Shown one piece after another: positions 63,415 through 64,000 of a stretch of DNA of 64,000 nt (positions are counted from its first letter, which is position 1; every line of letters begins with the position of its first letter). A model generated the notes under the pieces. It was not told the DNA's origin, did not search any database, and was given only the letters and a program-made list of their open reading frames with translations. The translations under genes and the position numbers were made by a program. Source of the DNA: a virus; IMG/VR virus record IMGVR_UViG_3300025133_000038, positions 32,001-96,000 of that record; one strand, given 5' to 3'.

Positions 63415-64000
63415 AAACCTTAGTGATGCAGCGAAAGAGAAGCTGTTGAGGGAACTTTACGTAAACAGGGAGATGAGCTACCCACAAATAGCTGAAGTTG
63501 TGGATTCCTACGCTAAGAAGGTTAGTCGGGACGCCAAGAAGTTGGGTATTGAGTCTCGTACACTAGCAGAAGCACAAAGTCTGGCTCTAAAAACTGGACG
63601 TAGGACTCATCCTACTGAAGGTAAGGGGCATAGTGAGGAGTCTAAGTTGAGAATTAGTGAGAAAATGGCCTCTACATGGGACCAATTAACAGAAACAGAG
63701 AAGGAACATCGCTCTCAGATTGGTAAAGACCACTGGAATAGCTTCTCAGAGGAGAAAAAGGCCGAAATGAGACAGGCGGCGGGCGATGCCGTGAGACAAG
63801 CCTCAAAAGATGGGTCTAAATTGGAAAAATTTATCTACGAAACCTTGACAAACGCAGGAATCGTCGTAGAATTTCATAAGGAGAGGATGGTTGTCAATCA
63901 GCGACTACAGGTTGACCTTTTCCTGCCTGAGCTTAATACTGCTATTGAAGTAGATGGCCCATCTCACTTTAAACCCATATGGGGACAAGAGACATTGGAC
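63368..64000 (+). CDS. 3'-truncated endonuclease (HTH plus NUMOD3-like plus Vsr/DUF559-like)
   Basis: Read manually: GKGHSEESKLRIS, SKLE, VDLFLPEL..AIEVDGPSH. Confidence 0.75.
   Translation, partial: MSKLPISLQKKAKDYKNLSDAAKEKLLRELYVNREMSYPQIAEVVDSYAKKVSRDAKKLGIESRTLAEAQSLALKTGRRTHPTEGKGHSEESKLRISEKMASTWDQLTETEKEHRSQIGKDHWNSFSEEKKAEMRQAAGDAVRQASKDGSKLEKFIYETLTNAGIVVEFHKERMVVNQRLQVDLFLPELNTAIEVDGPSHFKPIWGQETLD

Noticed and set aside
1-64000. Stop-codon reassignment (alternative genetic code)
   Set aside because: Conserved genes are full length in the standard code, TAA, TAG and TGA all end genes, and no canonical suppressor tRNA is seen
1-64000. Minus-strand ORFs in the ORF track
   Set aside because: Almost all are antisense shadows of plus-strand genes or RNAs and carry no recognisable motifs
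1-64000. CRISPR array or cas locus
   Set aside because: No repeat-spacer series is visible; the Cas4-like nuclease at 47128 is a stand-alone replication-block exonuclease

Overview
A 64-kb, almost entirely plus-strand segment of a large tailed dsDNA bacteriophage genome using the standard genetic code; a Planctomycetota host is inferred from host-like genes. Bases 1-20 kb form a tRNA/RNA island: about 24 tRNA genes without encoded CCA (many with non-canonical D-arms, plus Ile-UAU, a His with a long variable arm and a CAU tRNA with a D-loop insertion), several structured non-coding RNAs (one about 570 nt), small ORFs, homing endonucleases, sulfotransferases and a CCA-adding/RNA-repair module. 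Bases 20-39 kb encode nucleotide, NAD and transcription functions (dUTPase, DNA ligase, CinA-NadD-like fusion, sigma factor, ThyA, ClpP, dCMP deaminase, class II RNR, PhoH). Bases 39-56 kb hold the replication block (RecA, DnaB, DnaG, intein-less split DnaE, DnaQ, SSB, second sigma factor), and 56-64 kb a glycosyltransferase cluster. All protein calls come from motif recognition and all RNA folds were paired by eye; no database searches were run.
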